In this document: one piece after another, positions 63,401-64,000 of the stretch
Layout of the letters: each line of letters starts with the position of its first letter
Position numbering within the stretch: the stretch's first letter is position 1
NCBI GenBank assembly: GCA_039621445.1
Contig: CP154954.1
Coordinates: 10,931,521-10,995,520 of the forward strand
Direction of reading: 5' to 3'
Length of the DNA stretch: 64,000 nt
Source: Euglena gracilis
Taxonomy: Eukaryota
Program-made: the position numbers and the translations under genes
The notes under the pieces: model-generated
The model's input: the letters and a program-made list of their open reading frames with translations, nothing else
Database searches by the model: none
Told to the model about the DNA's origin: nothing

Positions 63401-64000
63401 CGACGACCCTCGTTCGCCGGAGGATCTGCGCGCCTTCATCGCCCCAGAGGATGAACCTCTGGCGCGAAGGAGACGTGAGGCGTCAGTCGCTTCCACCACT
63501 GCGATTCCGCGGCGGGAGGAACGCGACCGCAGCCCCTCCGTCACCATACTGGAGGCAGCGCCGCCGTCTCCGACAGGAACGGCTGTATCATTCGTCTCTG
63601 CCCCGCGAGCGGCAGGGGAACGATCGGTTTCCCCGGCCCCCGCGACGGCTCACGTCTGTCCACCGGTAGGTGGAGACCAGGAACTTCCTGAGGAGGAAGG
63701 TGAGAACGTGGAGGATATCCTCTACGCTGCTCTGCATGCTCCGGCACAGCCTAGGCCAGACACAGCACCCGCAGGGGATATACCTGTGGATGCTACGCCT
63801 GTTCCAACGGCTGAGCCTCCAGTCGAGGTGACTGGTATGGTCGTCGAGGATATCCTCGAAGAACCTGCCAGTCCCACAGCACGCACCTCGTTAGGAGGCC
63901 GTGTGCTCGGCGCCGTGGTCACTGGCATTACTGCCGTGGCTGCTGCACTAACGCCACGAGGTGGAGGCGTAGCATCAAGCTCCGCCGCTGAGGTCGTGGA
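60498..64000 (+). CDS. Extra sense ORF3 of unknown function, >1160 codons, two internal TGA, open at the window end
   Basis: The 756-aa ORF continues in the same frame past TGA 62766 and TGA 62934 (..GIDLEEHLRRQFGGTLDRKVFLQLMNHPKAILDLGMPILACVQEFEDGFFEVWEDTRY..) to 64000. It is intron-free, unlike host genes. Pro-rich flanks, GKGKAEG repeats, and a Trp/Tyr-rich globular core with CCKYC...HVC. Confidence 0.75.

Larger units (their letters stand above)
49924..64000 (+). mobile_element. Ty3/Gypsy chromovirus-like LTR retrotransposon (inactivated copy; 3' LTR outside the window)
   Basis: Order: putative LTR, PBS, gag (2 CCHC), protease, methylase-like domain, RT, RNase H, integrase, chromodomain, extra ORF. 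RT-RH-IN order defines Ty3/Gypsy. The 5' boundary is approximate because the second LTR is not visible. Confidence 0.93.

Overview
Eukaryotic nuclear DNA, very likely a euglenid: the best-resolved gene mixes GT-AG introns with stem-closed non-conventional introns. Layout: (1) 1-7118 is a head-to-tail array of a repeat with an invariant hairpin junction and internal satellites. (2) 7.7-43 kb holds intron-rich host genes, with MITEs and microsatellites in the introns. They are a hand-reconstructed 16-exon GDP-fucose fucosyltransferase (O-FucT-like, + strand, 15025-31188, about 565 aa) and three partly resolved uncharacterised genes. (3) 46-49 kb holds a decayed DIRS-like reverse transcriptase remnant with nested MITEs. 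(4) From about 49.9 kb to the end lies a >14 kb Ty3/Gypsy chromovirus-like LTR element. It has a triplicated tRNA-iMet primer-binding site, a very long Gag, and a stem-loop-flanked gag/pol TAG. It also has a Dam-like N6-adenine methyltransferase domain between protease and RT, an integrase-chromodomain, and a large extra 3' ORF with its own splice acceptor. All calls come from manual reading and motif recognition; no searches were run, and non-conventional splice junctions may be off by a few nt.
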